A DNA stretch of 64,000 nucleotides. It comes from a virus (taxonomy: Duplodnaviria; Caudoviricetes). The stretch's first letter is position 1, and each line of letters starts with the position of its first letter. A model generated the notes under the pieces. It was not told the origin of the DNA and searched no databases. It saw only the letters and a program-made list of their open reading frames with translations. The translations under genes and the position numbers were made by a program. Positions 34,714 to 45,603 of this stretch are shown here, one piece after another. Location: positions 1 through 64,000 of the IMG/VR virus record IMGVR_UViG_3300008116_000192; one strand, given 5' to 3'.

Positions 34714-37700
34714 ATGGCCGAAGAAACAGTAGTAACTAATATAGTTGCTAATGCCAACTTTTCTGGTTTGATCTCAGACCTTAACAAAGTTACGGCATCT
34801 TTGTCCAATTTACAAGCACAAGTATCTGCTACTAATAAATCATTAGCTGGGCAAATAGCGGTAGTAAATAGACAGTTTGGCGATACATTAAGAAGTACAG
34901 GTCAATTTACTACCCATTTTGCTTCAGCTGGTTCAGACGTAGAAACATTTGGTAAAAACCTAGATAAGGGTAGACTTAAGCTAAGAGAGTACTATAGAAC
35001 TTGGCAGGATCACCATAAAACAGCTGGCGGATTAATAAGAGATTTATCTCAACAGCAAGTAAGACTACAGAATGCAATCATGCAACCATTAGGCAGAAAT
35101 GCCGAAGGTATGATGCAGTTTGCAGTTCATGTGCCAAGAGGCCTAGATGTAATTAAAAACAAGACTGCATTAGCACATCAAGAACTGATGATTATGAATC
35201 GTGTTATGCAGGAAGGCGCAAATCAATTAATTAACTGGGGTAAAAATACTCAGTGGGCTGGACGTCAGCTAACTGTAGGTTTGACAGTACCACTCGCCGC
35301 ATTTGGTAAAGCAGCAGCAGATGCATTTAGAACGGCAGATCAAGAGCTAGTAAGATTAACTAAGGTTTATGGAGATATTGCTGGAGCATCAGCACAAGAC
35401 CTAGGCAGAGTAAGAAAAGAAGTAACAGAGACTGCAAAAGAATTAGCGTCTGGATTAGGAGCTTCATTTAATGAAACCCTAGCCCTAGGTGCTGATATAG
35501 CAGCAACTGGAAAAACTGGAGAAGAACTTCTAGGCTCAATTAGAGAAACCACACGTCTTGCTATATTGGGTGAAGTTGATAGACAAGAAGCTATGAAGGC
35601 TACCCTGGCAATTCAAACAGCTTTTAATCAAAACACAGATCAACTGGCAGAATCAATTAACTTCCTAAACGCAGTTGAAAACCAAACATCAACAACTCTT
35701 AATGATCTTGTAGAAGCTATTCCTAGAGCAGGAACAATTATTAAGGGACTAGGCGGAAGCGTACAAGATTTAGCTTTATATCTAACAGCAATGCGTGAAG
35801 GTGGAGTAAGCGCAGCAGAAGGTGCAAATGCTCTAAAGTCTGCATTAGGTTCATTAATTAACCCAACAGATGTAGCTGTTGCTAAGTTCGAATCATTTGG
35901 AATTGATTTGCTTGGTATAGTAAATAATAATGCTGGCAATGTAACTCAGACATTATTTTCTCTACAAGCAGCTTTAGATACACTGGATCCTTTACAAAAG
36001 CAGCAAGCGATTGAGCAGTTATTTGGAAAGTTCCAGTTTGCTCGTCTAGGAGCTTTGTTTGATAACTTGGGAAGACAGGGAAGCCAGACACTTCAAGTCC
36101 TTGATTTGATGAAGGCAAGCTCACAAGATCTTGCAGATGTGGCTGGTCGAGAATTAACAGCAGTTACAGAATCAGCATCTGGAAAATATCGTAGAGCTTT
36201 AGAAGAATTAAAGGCAGATCTTGCATCAGTGGGAGAGCAGTTCCTTACAATAAATACATATCTACTTAAGTTTGTAGATAGAATTATAGATTTTGCAAGC
36301 AACCTTCCAGGACCAATTAAATCAATCCTAAGCTTCTTAGGAGGAGTCACTGCAATTGCTGGTCCACTCATCATGCTTACTGGTGTACTTGGCAACTTCT
36401 TTGGATATATAGTTAAGGGCGTATACCACTTCAAGTCACTATTTAAGAGTGCAGAAGGATGGAGATTATTAACTCCAGAAATCATGGCGGCAAATCAGGC
36501 TGGCTCAGTTGCAGAATCTACATTCTATAGCGATGCAAGAGCAGCAGCAATATTAAATCAAGCATTAAAAGATTTAGCAGTACAGTACGACAGTATTGCA
36601 GCTAGAGCTCAATCTGGAGCAATTTCAGTACAACCAATGTTGAGCACAATGGCTGGAGGTGTTGTAGTTCCAGGTGGCGGAGGAAGAGTTGTAAATCCTA
36701 ATAGTCCATTAGTTGGTCAAATGGGAACAAGAGCAAGTGCTCATATGGTTCCAAGAGGAATATCACAACCAGGCACAATCTTTGGATTAGTTCCAAGTTC
36801 AATGCCAGTTAATTTAGCAGTAGGTCAAAACCCACAGATGTATATGGAAGAAGCACTTCCTAATATACCAGGAGTCACATCAGTTCAAACTAAGAAGTAT
36901 GGACAGGTATCTACAGGAATTGTAGCATCTGAAGCTGCTAGACATCATGCAATGACAGCAGCATTAGCAATGCAGTCTACTACAGAAGTAGAAAATCTAA
37001 AGAAAATGATGGCTACAACTGGAACAGTAACCACAGAATTTATGAGCACATTTGATGATCTAGTTCCAATCACATCTAAAATTACACAAAACGCAGCTAT
37101 ACAGTCTGCAGCAATTGTTGCAGAATTAAGGGCTGGCAAAATCAGCGTTGATGTAGCTCGTCAAAAGATTATTGCTTTGAACATAGAGATAGAAAGAATG
37201 CTTGGAGCAGCTGCAACAGAATATGCAGCATCAACAGGTAGAACAATTAATCTTACAAATGTTCCAACATTAAATCAACCAGTAATGACTTCAACTGGAA
37301 AGTCAAACATGAGAGAGCTATTTAAGGATAGAACTAAGGGCTTCTTCTCAAATGTTGCACGAGCACTTGGAGTTAGAACATATGGCGCAGGATACAATAT
37401 AGAAACAACTAGACCACGTAAGATGAATATGGGTGGACCAGTATATATGTCTTCTGGTTCAATGGTTCCAGGCCCAAATGTAAATGCAGATGTTGTTCCA
37501 GCAATGCTTACTCCAGGTGAGTTTGTTGTTAACAGAGAAGCAACAGCGGCTAACCTACCTCTGCTTATGGCAATAAATGGTGGAGCAGGTTCTGGCGGTC
37601 CAGGCTATATGAATGGCGGACAAATACAAACATTGATTGGTATGCCAGCAGAATTTTTAAGAAGATCATTACTTATAAGCGGAGTAAGAAGGCCAGCAAG

Positions 37701-40700
37701 ACCAGGAATAAGGCCATCAAGCAGAGTTGCGTTTGAGTCTGATGCAATTAATTATGATCAAATGCAAGGAAGATCTGGCAGAAATGCATTTTGGCAGAAT
37801 GAGTTTTTTGCTCAAGGTAGACCAGGACCAAATGAAGTTGTTGGTCATATTTATTCAAACGCTTTCTATAGAAGATTTGGACAGCCACAGGGAGGGTCTT
37901 CTCCAAGGCTGCTTGGCTCAGAAATTACATCAAGAACTGGAATAAAAATATCCTCTAGAAGTGGTTACGCTGGCCCGTACGATGTTTTGCCAAATAATAT
38001 GATGACAATATCAGAAGATTTTAACAAAGCTCTTTCTCTATCTGGAGCAAATAAAGCTATGTGGCTTTCAAGCCAAAGAAGGCCTGAGCACATGTTGTCT
38101 TTGTTGCATTTCTTAACATCTCAAGGAATTGGAAGACGTCAAGCGTTAACTATTGCACAGAATGTATTAAATAGAATTAATTCTAATATAGAAAGATTTC
38201 CAGATAATGCACGTATAACAGAGAGAATGTTTGGCAACATTGTAACAAATAGTACTAGACAAGAAATGATGAGGCTAAAGGGAATTGGAGAGCTTAATCA
38301 AAGACAAGCTGCTGCAGCACCAGCACTTCCTAGAGGAACATATACTCCAGGTGCTTATATAGGATATAACAGAAACAGAAGAAATTCTGGCGGAATGATT
38401 AGAGGATATAATCGTGGAGGCATGGTTCCAGGATACAATCGAGGCGGTATGATTGCTAATCTTAGAATGCGTGGATACCTGCCAGGATCTGCATCATCAC
38501 CACTAAATTATCAAGATGGACAATTAATGCCTGGACCAGTTCCAAGAGGAATGTCGATGAGCAGCAATTTGATGTTAGGAATGGCTGGATCTATGGGTGG
38601 AGGATCTTTAGGTGGATTATTAGGTGGACAAACTGGTGCAATGATAGGCTCAATGGCTGGATATGCACTTCCAAGTCTTATTACAAAACTTATGTCTGCA
38701 GCAAAAACAGCTGGCGGATTTATGTCTATAGTAAAAAATATAGGAATGTTTTTAAAGGCATGGTCAATTCCAGGAGCGGTACTCACAGTACTTGGCCTAG
38801 GGGTTAAAAAATTATTAGACTTAAAGAAAGCTGCGGAAGATGCTGGAAAGGCAAATAGACTAGCATTTGGCGGAACCGAAGACTCATTTGCAGCTGTTGG
38901 AATAAAAAATTACACAACAATATCAGATAGAATTAAAGATGTAAACGAACAGCTTGAGTTACATAGAGCACAAGTACGGTCTACATATGAATCATATACT
39001 AAGGCTGGCCCTACTGGATTAACTCTTACAATTAAGGAATTAAAAGAAGCAATAGAAAATGCTAAAGAAAATCAAAAAGACTATGTAGATGCATTTAGCA
39101 ATATTGATAGCTCAAGAGTTATTGAATATGCCACAAATCTTAAGGCACAATTTGTTGCTATGGGTATGGCAGCGTCAGAAGCAACTAATCAAATTTATGC
39201 AATTGTAAAGGCCTCAAATAAATCATCTCAAGCTGTTGCAGCAATTTCTAGCCAGTCATTTAAATCTATTCAAAAACAAACTGATGGAATTAAGATATTG
39301 GTTGCTACACTAAGAGATTCTTTAAGCAGCAGAGACTTTAATGCAGAAGAGTTTGTTACAGGATTAGACACCCTGCTAAATTCTTTGCTAGAATATCAGA
39401 GCGGTTTGGTGGGAACTAAAGATGATATGGGCAATATTGTAGACGAGGCAGATGCACTAAAGATAGCCTTGGATCAAATAAAGTCTGTACAGGGATCTTC
39501 AACAGAAATTACTGGAGAGCAGTTAAGTCAAATTAAACAGCAAAATGTTGTATATCAATCAATATTAGGAACAACTGAAAGTATACAGAGTGTATATGCC
39601 AAGATTGCTCTATACGAGCAAGGGTTTGGCAGAATGTTGAATTTAGCAAAGATGACAGCAGAACAAGCTGTAATATTTGCTCAACAGTTAAGCAATATTC
39701 AAAACCAATTAAATGATATAACTGAGTCTACTGGGTCTAACAATCCTCTCTCACCACTAGCAACATTGATTAATAAAACTAAAACTGCTGCAAATAATGC
39801 TGCTAATTCAGTTAAATCTTTAAAGAAATTAGATGAAGACTACTATAATAGTAAAATTAAACTTATAGATAAAGCAATAGATGCTTTAGAGGAAGAGCGT
39901 AAAAAGAGATTAGAATTACTAAGAATTCAAAAAGACTCTACTGATTTTGCTACAACTATAGAGCAGTCACAGGCAAGACTTAAGAATCTAATCGCTTCTG
40001 GAAACTTTGAAGCGGCAGCACAGGAACAGCTTAATATAAAGAAGTTGTCTCAAGAAAGACAGTACAACCTTGCAGTAGATGCAATAAATAAAAAGTTTGA
40101 TGAAGATAGAGCAAAGAAAGAAAAAGAAAAAGAAGCGTTACAAAATGCAAAAGATGCTGCTGCTAAGGGAATGCAGACAGCTCAAACAACTGCTGCTCAA
40201 AAAACTGCAGACCTAGCTACATTGCAATCTTATAGAGATAGAATAGAAGAGCAAGTACTTATATCTCAAACAGCAGCTCCAGGATCTAAAATAGCTAAAG
40301 AAGCTCTTATGGAAATATCTAACATTATTCAAGAAATGAAAAAGGCTGGCGGAGAAGTTGAAAAGGTAGCTTTAGCAATTGAATCTAAATATATGCCTAA
40401 GGTTGCTAAGACTCCAGAAGAAGCTATGGCCATGAGCTCATCTGGAGTATCAATGGCTAAAAATCTATCTGATGCATTTAAAAATGGAAACACTGTATTC
40501 TCAAATGCAGTAGACTCCTTTGCACAGGCTGTAAGAGACTTTAAAGGTAAAACTGATTCAAAGCCAGAGTCACAAAATATAAGCATTTCAGCAAAACAAT
40601 TAAACAATTTAAAAACAATAAGAGGTTTGCAAAATGAAAATACATTTAAGTCTTCTGGGGCAGGTAGAGGCGATCTTACAGATGTTATGCGTCAGCAAAT

Positions 40701-41127
40701 TATCCAAAACTATGGACTTAAAGAAAATGACACATTTGAATTTATGGGAGTTAAATATCGAGTAACTGGAACAGGGTTATTCAATATGGGTGCTTCTAGA
40801 GTTACAAAGAGAGAGGCTTTCGGACGTGTAGTTTCTGGAAGAGACTACCTTGTTGGAGAGCGTGGACCAGAATTATTTAGAACAGATATTCCTGGCAATA
40901 TAATGCCAATGTACAATGTTCCACAATCTGGATATAGATTTAATTCTGCTGGAAATAATGGTACAATGGGTAACATATCTTTGGTACAGACTATTAATGC
41001 CGCACCAGGAATGGATGAAAGAGCTTTAGCTAACCTAGCAGCTAAGCAAGCAGTTTCATTAATAACAGCAGCTAAACAAGATGCTATGTATAGAAATGGA
41101 AGAAATGTGAGGGTCGGAAATGCCTAA
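34714..41127 (+). CDS. Tail tape measure protein (TP901-like core)
   Basis: 2137 aa of helical Ala/Gln-rich repeats, with C-terminal YLVGERGPELF motif. Follows the chaperone. Confidence 0.92.
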   Translation: MAEETVVTNIVANANFSGLISDLNKVTASLSNLQAQVSATNKSLAGQIAVVNRQFGDTLRSTGQFTTHFASAGSDVETFGKNLDKGRLKLREYYRTWQDHHKTAGGLIRDLSQQQVRLQNAIMQPLGRNAEGMMQFAVHVPRGLDVIKNKTALAHQELMIMNRVMQEGANQLINWGKNTQWAGRQLTVGLTVPLAAFGKAAADAFRTADQELVRLTKVYGDIAGASAQDLGRVRKEVTETAKELASGLGASFNETLALGADIAATGKTGEELLGSIRETTRLAILGEVDRQEAMKATLAIQTAFNQNTDQLAESINFLNAVENQTSTTLNDLVEAIPRAGTIIKGLGGSVQDLALYLTAMREGGVSAAEGANALKSALGSLINPTDVAVAKFESFGIDLLGIVNNNAGNVTQTLFSLQAALDTLDPLQKQQAIEQLFGKFQFARLGALFDNLGRQGSQTLQVLDLMKASSQDLADVAGRELTAVTESASGKYRRALEELKADLASVGEQFLTINTYLLKFVDRIIDFASNLPGPIKSILSFLGGVTAIAGPLIMLTGVLGNFFGYIVKGVYHFKSLFKSAEGWRLLTPEIMAANQAGSVAESTFYSDARAAAILNQALKDLAVQYDSIAARAQSGAISVQPMLSTMAGGVVVPGGGGRVVNPNSPLVGQMGTRASAHMVPRGISQPGTIFGLVPSSMPVNLAVGQNPQMYMEEALPNIPGVTSVQTKKYGQVSTGIVASEAARHHAMTAALAMQSTTEVENLKKMMATTGTVTTEFMSTFDDLVPITSKITQNAAIQSAAIVAELRAGKISVDVARQKIIALNIEIERMLGAAATEYAASTGRTINLTNVPTLNQPVMTSTGKSNMRELFKDRTKGFFSNVARALGVRTYGAGYNIETTRPRKMNMGGPVYMSSGSMVPGPNVNADVVPAMLTPGEFVVNREATAANLPLLMAINGGAGSGGPGYMNGGQIQTLIGMPAEFLRRSLLISGVRRPARPGIRPSSRVAFESDAINYDQMQGRSGRNAFWQNEFFAQGRPGPNEVVGHIYSNAFYRRFGQPQGGSSPRLLGSEITSRTGIKISSRSGYAGPYDVLPNNMMTISEDFNKALSLSGANKAMWLSSQRRPEHMLSLLHFLTSQGIGRRQALTIAQNVLNRINSNIERFPDNARITERMFGNIVTNSTRQEMMRLKGIGELNQRQAAAAPALPRGTYTPGAYIGYNRNRRNSGGMIRGYNRGGMVPGYNRGGMIANLRMRGYLPGSASSPLNYQDGQLMPGPVPRGMSMSSNLMLGMAGSMGGGSLGGLLGGQTGAMIGSMAGYALPSLITKLMSAAKTAGGFMSIVKNIGMFLKAWSIPGAVLTVLGLGVKKLLDLKKAAEDAGKANRLAFGGTEDSFAAVGIKNYTTISDRIKDVNEQLELHRAQVRSTYESYTKAGPTGLTLTIKELKEAIENAKENQKDYVDAFSNIDSSRVIEYATNLKAQFVAMGMAASEATNQIYAIVKASNKSSQAVAAISSQSFKSIQKQTDGIKILVATLRDSLSSRDFNAEEFVTGLDTLLNSLLEYQSGLVGTKDDMGNIVDEADALKIALDQIKSVQGSSTEITGEQLSQIKQQNVVYQSILGTTESIQSVYAKIALYEQGFGRMLNLAKMTAEQAVIFAQQLSNIQNQLNDITESTGSNNPLSPLATLINKTKTAANNAANSVKSLKKLDEDYYNSKIKLIDKAIDALEEERKKRLELLRIQKDSTDFATTIEQSQARLKNLIASGNFEAAAQEQLNIKKLSQERQYNLAVDAINKKFDEDRAKKEKEKEALQNAKDAAAKGMQTAQTTAAQKTADLATLQSYRDRIEEQVLISQTAAPGSKIAKEALMEISNIIQEMKKAGGEVEKVALAIESKYMPKVAKTPEEAMAMSSSGVSMAKNLSDAFKNGNTVFSNAVDSFAQAVRDFKGKTDSKPESQNISISAKQLNNLKTIRGLQNENTFKSSGAGRGDLTDVMRQQIIQNYGLKENDTFEFMGVKYRVTGTGLFNMGASRVTKREAFGRVVSGRDYLVGERGPELFRTDIPGNIMPMYNVPQSGYRFNSAGNNGTMGNISLVQTINAAPGMDERALANLAAKQAVSLITAAKQDAMYRNGRNVRVGNA

Positions 41128-41459
41128 TACATCAATTTAGAAGAATGGCTAACGGCTCTCTACGTAAGTTCTTTGTAGCAGAAAAAAGAACATTTACAGT
41201 TTCATGGGATATGCTACCATCATATAGAACTCTTACTGTAGATGCTGCATGGGGCGCACAAGATTTAAGATCTTTCTATAATAGCACAGAAGGACAAGGG
41301 GCATTTAATATAAGAGTAAATTTTGCAAAAACTGGATCTAATCAAGAATCATCTGGTTATGAGCAATTTAATGTAATGTTTAAAGATGCATCATTTACTG
41401 TAGTTAAGCGTGGGCTTCAGCCACACTGGAGTGTTTCGATAACTCTGGAAGAGGTGTAA
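41120..41459 (+). CDS. Distal-tail-like protein; predicted ORF 41145-41459, with a probable true start at 41120 out of frame
   Basis: RMANGSLRKFFVAEKRTFTVSWDMLP follows the TMP. ATG CCT AAT ACA at 41120 overlaps the TMP stop and has a GAGGG SD. Confidence 0.5.
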
Positions 41460-41460
41460 T

Positions 41461-43389
41461 TTGATTACCGCCTCAGCAGCTTTACAAAATGTATTTAAGA
41501 ATAATGCAGCAGTAAGAATTCAGAGTGGCTGCACGATAGAGTATAACCTAAATGATATGGTTAATAATATTGCAGTAACCAATACTCCTACATATGCAAC
41601 TATACAGGGCTATAAGCCATTTACTAAAATATTTCCAGCCTCATCTGTAGTTGAGCCAAATAGACCAGAAAAATGCGGAATAAAGTATACAGTCCTTGGA
41701 GACAGTTATACATTAAATGAATTTAAAGATCCTAAGGTAACTAAGTATGAAAAGAACTTTAGGTCATATATTCCAGGAGTAGATACTTCATACAAGTATT
41801 ATCTTTCTAATAGGGATTCAGCGCTTCAGCTAAATGCGGTATATCCTAAAACAATTATGACAAATAAGATTGTAGTTAAATTTGAGCTTTCTCATTCAAC
41901 TCCTACATCTGGATCAGTAGTATTAAAAAATGGACCATCTACAGTAGCAACTATCGGATTTACAAACTCAAACATAAAGGCATTTGGACAGATAAACGCA
42001 GGGTCGCTTAATATTTATTATACTGGATCAACATGGTCTACAACAGAGGCAAATCTAAACACAGCATCATCTGTGTCTATAACTGAAGTTGTTCTTTCTG
42101 TTAGCGCAGTATCTGGTAAAAAGCATGTAGGAGTAATTGAAGTATCTCCAAGACTAGTTCTTGATCTATCTTCGGACATAGAAGGTTTTGATATACAAAC
42201 AGAGGCTTCATCAGATTTAGCTAGCGTAGTTCCAGTGGGCAATATTACAGCAAACTCATTGTCTCTTAAAATTAATAAGTATGATCAATCAGCATTAAAA
42301 ATAATTAATTATGATAAGGCTACCACTCCTTTTCAATCTGACAGACTTTACATGTATAAGAATGCCAGACTAAAACCACACTTTAAAATATATCACGCAG
42401 CGGGAGCCCTTGGCACAACTGATAAATATGATCAGATTGAGCAAGGTGTATTTTTTATAAACAACTGGAAGGTTTCTGAAAATGGAAATGCAGAAATCAC
42501 AGCATTAGATGGAGCAAAAGTACTGCAAGACACTATTTGCCCAGACATACTATGCGAACAATATTCTGGTACAGCTATTATTAGAAACCTATTAGATGCA
42601 ATAGGTTTTACAAATTATAATTTTAATTTTAACAGCGTCAATGAAAATGAAGCTGGAATGATATCTCCAAGATTTTGGTGGACGGAAGATAATAAGACAG
42701 TATGGGAAGCTCTACAAGAGATATGCATAGACTCTCAGATGATTGCAGTATTTGATAATCAAAATACATTACAGTTTTATAGCAGAAGTTATATATATGA
42801 TTCAGCAAGAGAGTCCAGCTGGACATTCTATTATCAGCAAAACTCTCCTTCCGACCCATTGCCTAATATTATTTCGTTAGACAAACAAGACCTGCCTGTT
42901 GCAAATAAGATAAGAGTTTTATGGCAGGGCATCTCTACTAGCAGATATGAGATAGACGCTGCCCCACTTTGGAAAGCACCATTCTCATTTTTGGCAGCGG
43001 CAGCATTAGATAAAAATATTCTATCAACAGATCCAGTTGGGTCCTATATGAGTCTTTCAATTTTGACAGAAGATCCTCGTGAAATACAAAACTGGACCTA
43101 TTCATTCTCTGGATATATACTAGTTGATTCTGAAATCATAGAATTTGATGCAATTAAGTTTAGATATAAAGACGAAACAACTAATGCTTGGATTGAAAAA
43201 GATATATCTAGCGAAGCGGACCTGCTAAAGTATAGATCATTTGCTGCACCAGGAGTAGACAACTTTGCTCCCACTGGTCAATTTAAAATAAAATCTAGAG
43301 GAGCATTTAATACACTAGTGGCAAACCACTACGTAGATCCTCAGAATACTGTTTCTAACTGGACTGTAAGAAATGTTGGGTGGTACTAA
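41461..43389 (+). CDS. Tail tip/hub protein
   Basis: 642 aa after the distal tail gene. TVWEALQEIC...FDxxxxLQFY hub-like motif. GAGGTG SD. Confidence 0.6.
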   Translation: MITASAALQNVFKNNAAVRIQSGCTIEYNLNDMVNNIAVTNTPTYATIQGYKPFTKIFPASSVVEPNRPEKCGIKYTVLGDSYTLNEFKDPKVTKYEKNFRSYIPGVDTSYKYYLSNRDSALQLNAVYPKTIMTNKIVVKFELSHSTPTSGSVVLKNGPSTVATIGFTNSNIKAFGQINAGSLNIYYTGSTWSTTEANLNTASSVSITEVVLSVSAVSGKKHVGVIEVSPRLVLDLSSDIEGFDIQTEASSDLASVVPVGNITANSLSLKINKYDQSALKIINYDKATTPFQSDRLYMYKNARLKPHFKIYHAAGALGTTDKYDQIEQGVFFINNWKVSENGNAEITALDGAKVLQDTICPDILCEQYSGTAIIRNLLDAIGFTNYNFNFNSVNENEAGMISPRFWWTEDNKTVWEALQEICIDSQMIAVFDNQNTLQFYSRSYIYDSARESSWTFYYQQNSPSDPLPNIISLDKQDLPVANKIRVLWQGISTSRYEIDAAPLWKAPFSFLAAAALDKNILSTDPVGSYMSLSILTEDPREIQNWTYSFSGYILVDSEIIEFDAIKFRYKDETTNAWIEKDISSEADLLKYRSFAAPGVDNFAPTGQFKIKSRGAFNTLVANHYVDPQNTVSNWTVRNVGWY

Positions 43390-45188
43390 TGGTACTTCCA
43401 TATTTTTTAATAAACGGTGGAGCACAAGGAGTAAATCTAGATATTACAGATATTAGTGTAGTAATTAGCGAAACTTCAGGAAGAATAGATGTGTCGCCAA
43501 TCGGAGCAACTTCTGCAACAAGCTATCGATACAAGTATGCACTTCAATCAGCAGATATAAATGCTGCAGCAGAAACAACAACCTCATCAAGTACTTTTGC
43601 AATAACTGGCTTAACTCCAGGTTCTATATACAAAGTTCTAGTTAGAGCATATAACGGTGCCACATTTGGAGATGCAAAGCTAAAAGAATATATTTATATA
43701 CCAAAGCCTGCAGTAGTTGCTAAAGTTGGAGATACATTAGGAGCAGACAATACTGCAGAATCTCCAATGACTCAATGGAATGCTGATCCTGGATTAGCCA
43801 GAGCTACTGTGATGTCTTCAAACACACAAACTTGGACAATGGAGGACTGGCTTAAATATTTTAATTCTAGCTCTATTTCATTAGAAGATTATATATATTC
43901 AGCAGACGCAACTGCAAACCCAATAGGACTTGGATCAATTGAACCTAAAAATAAATCATTATTGAGTTTAACTAACACATCAAAAAATAAAGCAGAGTAT
44001 TCAATAGCTTATAAAAGCTTTACAGAGATTCCAACAAATAAATCTTACTATGCATTTGGATCAACTATTTTATTAGATTCATCAATAGATGTACCTATAC
44101 AAACAGGAGGCATGGGATTTTTTGTAGCAAACCAAGGAAGTACTGGATACTACATAAGAATAAGAGCGACAGCTTCAATAGGTACCGTAACTTCGGATAA
44201 AGAAGTAGAAATTGTTAAAGTTTTAAATGGAAACGATATACCTTTAATAGACAGTCAAAAAAGTCAGGTTACTACTATTTCTGGAATATATGCTGGTAAA
44301 GCATATAAGGTTGATACAAAAGTTAAGGTTGAAGCAAACAAGATTACTATAACTGCATTTATTAATGGTTTTAAGATTACTGCTACAGATACTCAAACTG
44401 CTGGCTCAATTTATCAAACTATCTTGCCAGTAACAAATAGCGTAGCCATGTTTGCTGGAATGGGAACCGTAAACTTTGATTATATATATGGAATGGCAAT
44501 AACAGAAGATCAGTACAATAGCGATGATCTATTTAATATATATACAGGTAAGTTTGCAGACAACCAAATAGAGTTTTTCTTTGGAGAAAGAATGCTGGAT
44601 CTTAGTACTTCGGCAACAACAATAGAGGGCAGGATAGAAGAGTTTGGAACAGTCGCTAGAGAAATTAGAAAATATCAGTTTAAATTCTCAGATAGACCTT
44701 CGATTCCTATAGCACCTACGACTGGCGCAAATGATTTTATTAAAATAGTGGGAAGCAAAATAACAAACTTCGGAGCAGAGGCGTATGTACTAAATAACTC
44801 TGGATTTGCTACAGCATTGAGCTCTGACACAGAATCAACATTTATGGTCTATGGATACAGCATATCTAAAACTGGAACTATAGAATATGATAATTTTGAT
44901 AAAAACTTATATACATCTGAAGAGCCAATAATATTTGAAACAAAGTGGTTGCAAAATGAATATGACGTAAAAGCCTTGGCGGATTGGCTTAAATCTCAAT
45001 GGTCTAAGAAGCAGACAATCATTACCTTGCAGGTATTTGGAAATCCACTTATTCAGGTTGGAGATGTCATTAGAATAGAGTATCCTTATCATGGGCTAAT
45101 CAATTCTCAAAAGTTTATTATTTTAGGAGTTTCTCATAACTATGAGAATGGACTAGATACTACAATAACCTGCAGGACTATATCATAG
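43389..45188 (+). CDS. Tail tip protein (FN3-like N-terminus, hub-like C-terminus GNPLIQVGD)
   Basis: TAATG coupling places the start at 43389. Confidence 0.6.
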   Translation: MVLPYFLINGGAQGVNLDITDISVVISETSGRIDVSPIGATSATSYRYKYALQSADINAAAETTTSSSTFAITGLTPGSIYKVLVRAYNGATFGDAKLKEYIYIPKPAVVAKVGDTLGADNTAESPMTQWNADPGLARATVMSSNTQTWTMEDWLKYFNSSSISLEDYIYSADATANPIGLGSIEPKNKSLLSLTNTSKNKAEYSIAYKSFTEIPTNKSYYAFGSTILLDSSIDVPIQTGGMGFFVANQGSTGYYIRIRATASIGTVTSDKEVEIVKVLNGNDIPLIDSQKSQVTTISGIYAGKAYKVDTKVKVEANKITITAFINGFKITATDTQTAGSIYQTILPVTNSVAMFAGMGTVNFDYIYGMAITEDQYNSDDLFNIYTGKFADNQIEFFFGERMLDLSTSATTIEGRIEEFGTVAREIRKYQFKFSDRPSIPIAPTTGANDFIKIVGSKITNFGAEAYVLNNSGFATALSSDTESTFMVYGYSISKTGTIEYDNFDKNLYTSEEPIIFETKWLQNEYDVKALADWLKSQWSKKQTIITLQVFGNPLIQVGDVIRIEYPYHGLINSQKFIILGVSHNYENGLDTTITCRTIS

Positions 45189-45213
45189 GAGGATGCCAGT
45201 TTAGTTATCTAAA

Positions 45214-45222
45214 TGGTATAAT
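45214..45222 (+). promoter_or_regulatory. Extended -10 TGGTATAAT, leaderless ATG 6 nt downstream
   Basis: ATG at 45229 with no SD. Confidence 0.6.
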
Positions 45223-45228
45223 AATAAA

Positions 45229-45603
45229 ATGGTCAAAAAAATATCAGATACGGAAATCTCAAATACGCCCCTTGTAAAAGTAAAAGAAAATTCAGTAGAG
45301 GCTTATTACATTAACCCTAAATTTTTAAATATTGTAGAGGGACAAGATTTCAATCAATATCGTAAACTTTCTGGATATAGTTCTGGCGGCGATTGGGATA
45401 ATCCTGGAGGCCCTGGAGATGGTAATAAGGATGTACCACAACTAGCAGATATTGAATCTGTAACAAAAAGCATATATTATGATCCTGCTACAAAAAAGGC
45501 TAGAGCCAAGCTTGTAATAAAAATTAGAAATAGTAGTGAAAAACCTATTATTGGAATTGATGCTAGAATAGCTATAGCTTCTAGCGACGGAGGAGTATCG
45601 TGA
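45229..45603 (+). CDS. Hypothetical protein (tail region)
   Basis: 124 aa ORF coupled to the downstream gene. Confidence 0.5.
   Translation: MVKKISDTEISNTPLVKVKENSVEAYYINPKFLNIVEGQDFNQYRKLSGYSSGGDWDNPGGPGDGNKDVPQLADIESVTKSIYYDPATKKARAKLVIKIRNSSEKPIIGIDARIAIASSDGGVS

Noticed and set aside
43380-43391. Frameshift between tail genes 41461 and 43380
   Set aside because: A clean TAATG stop/start overlap at 43387-43391 explains it as normal translational coupling.
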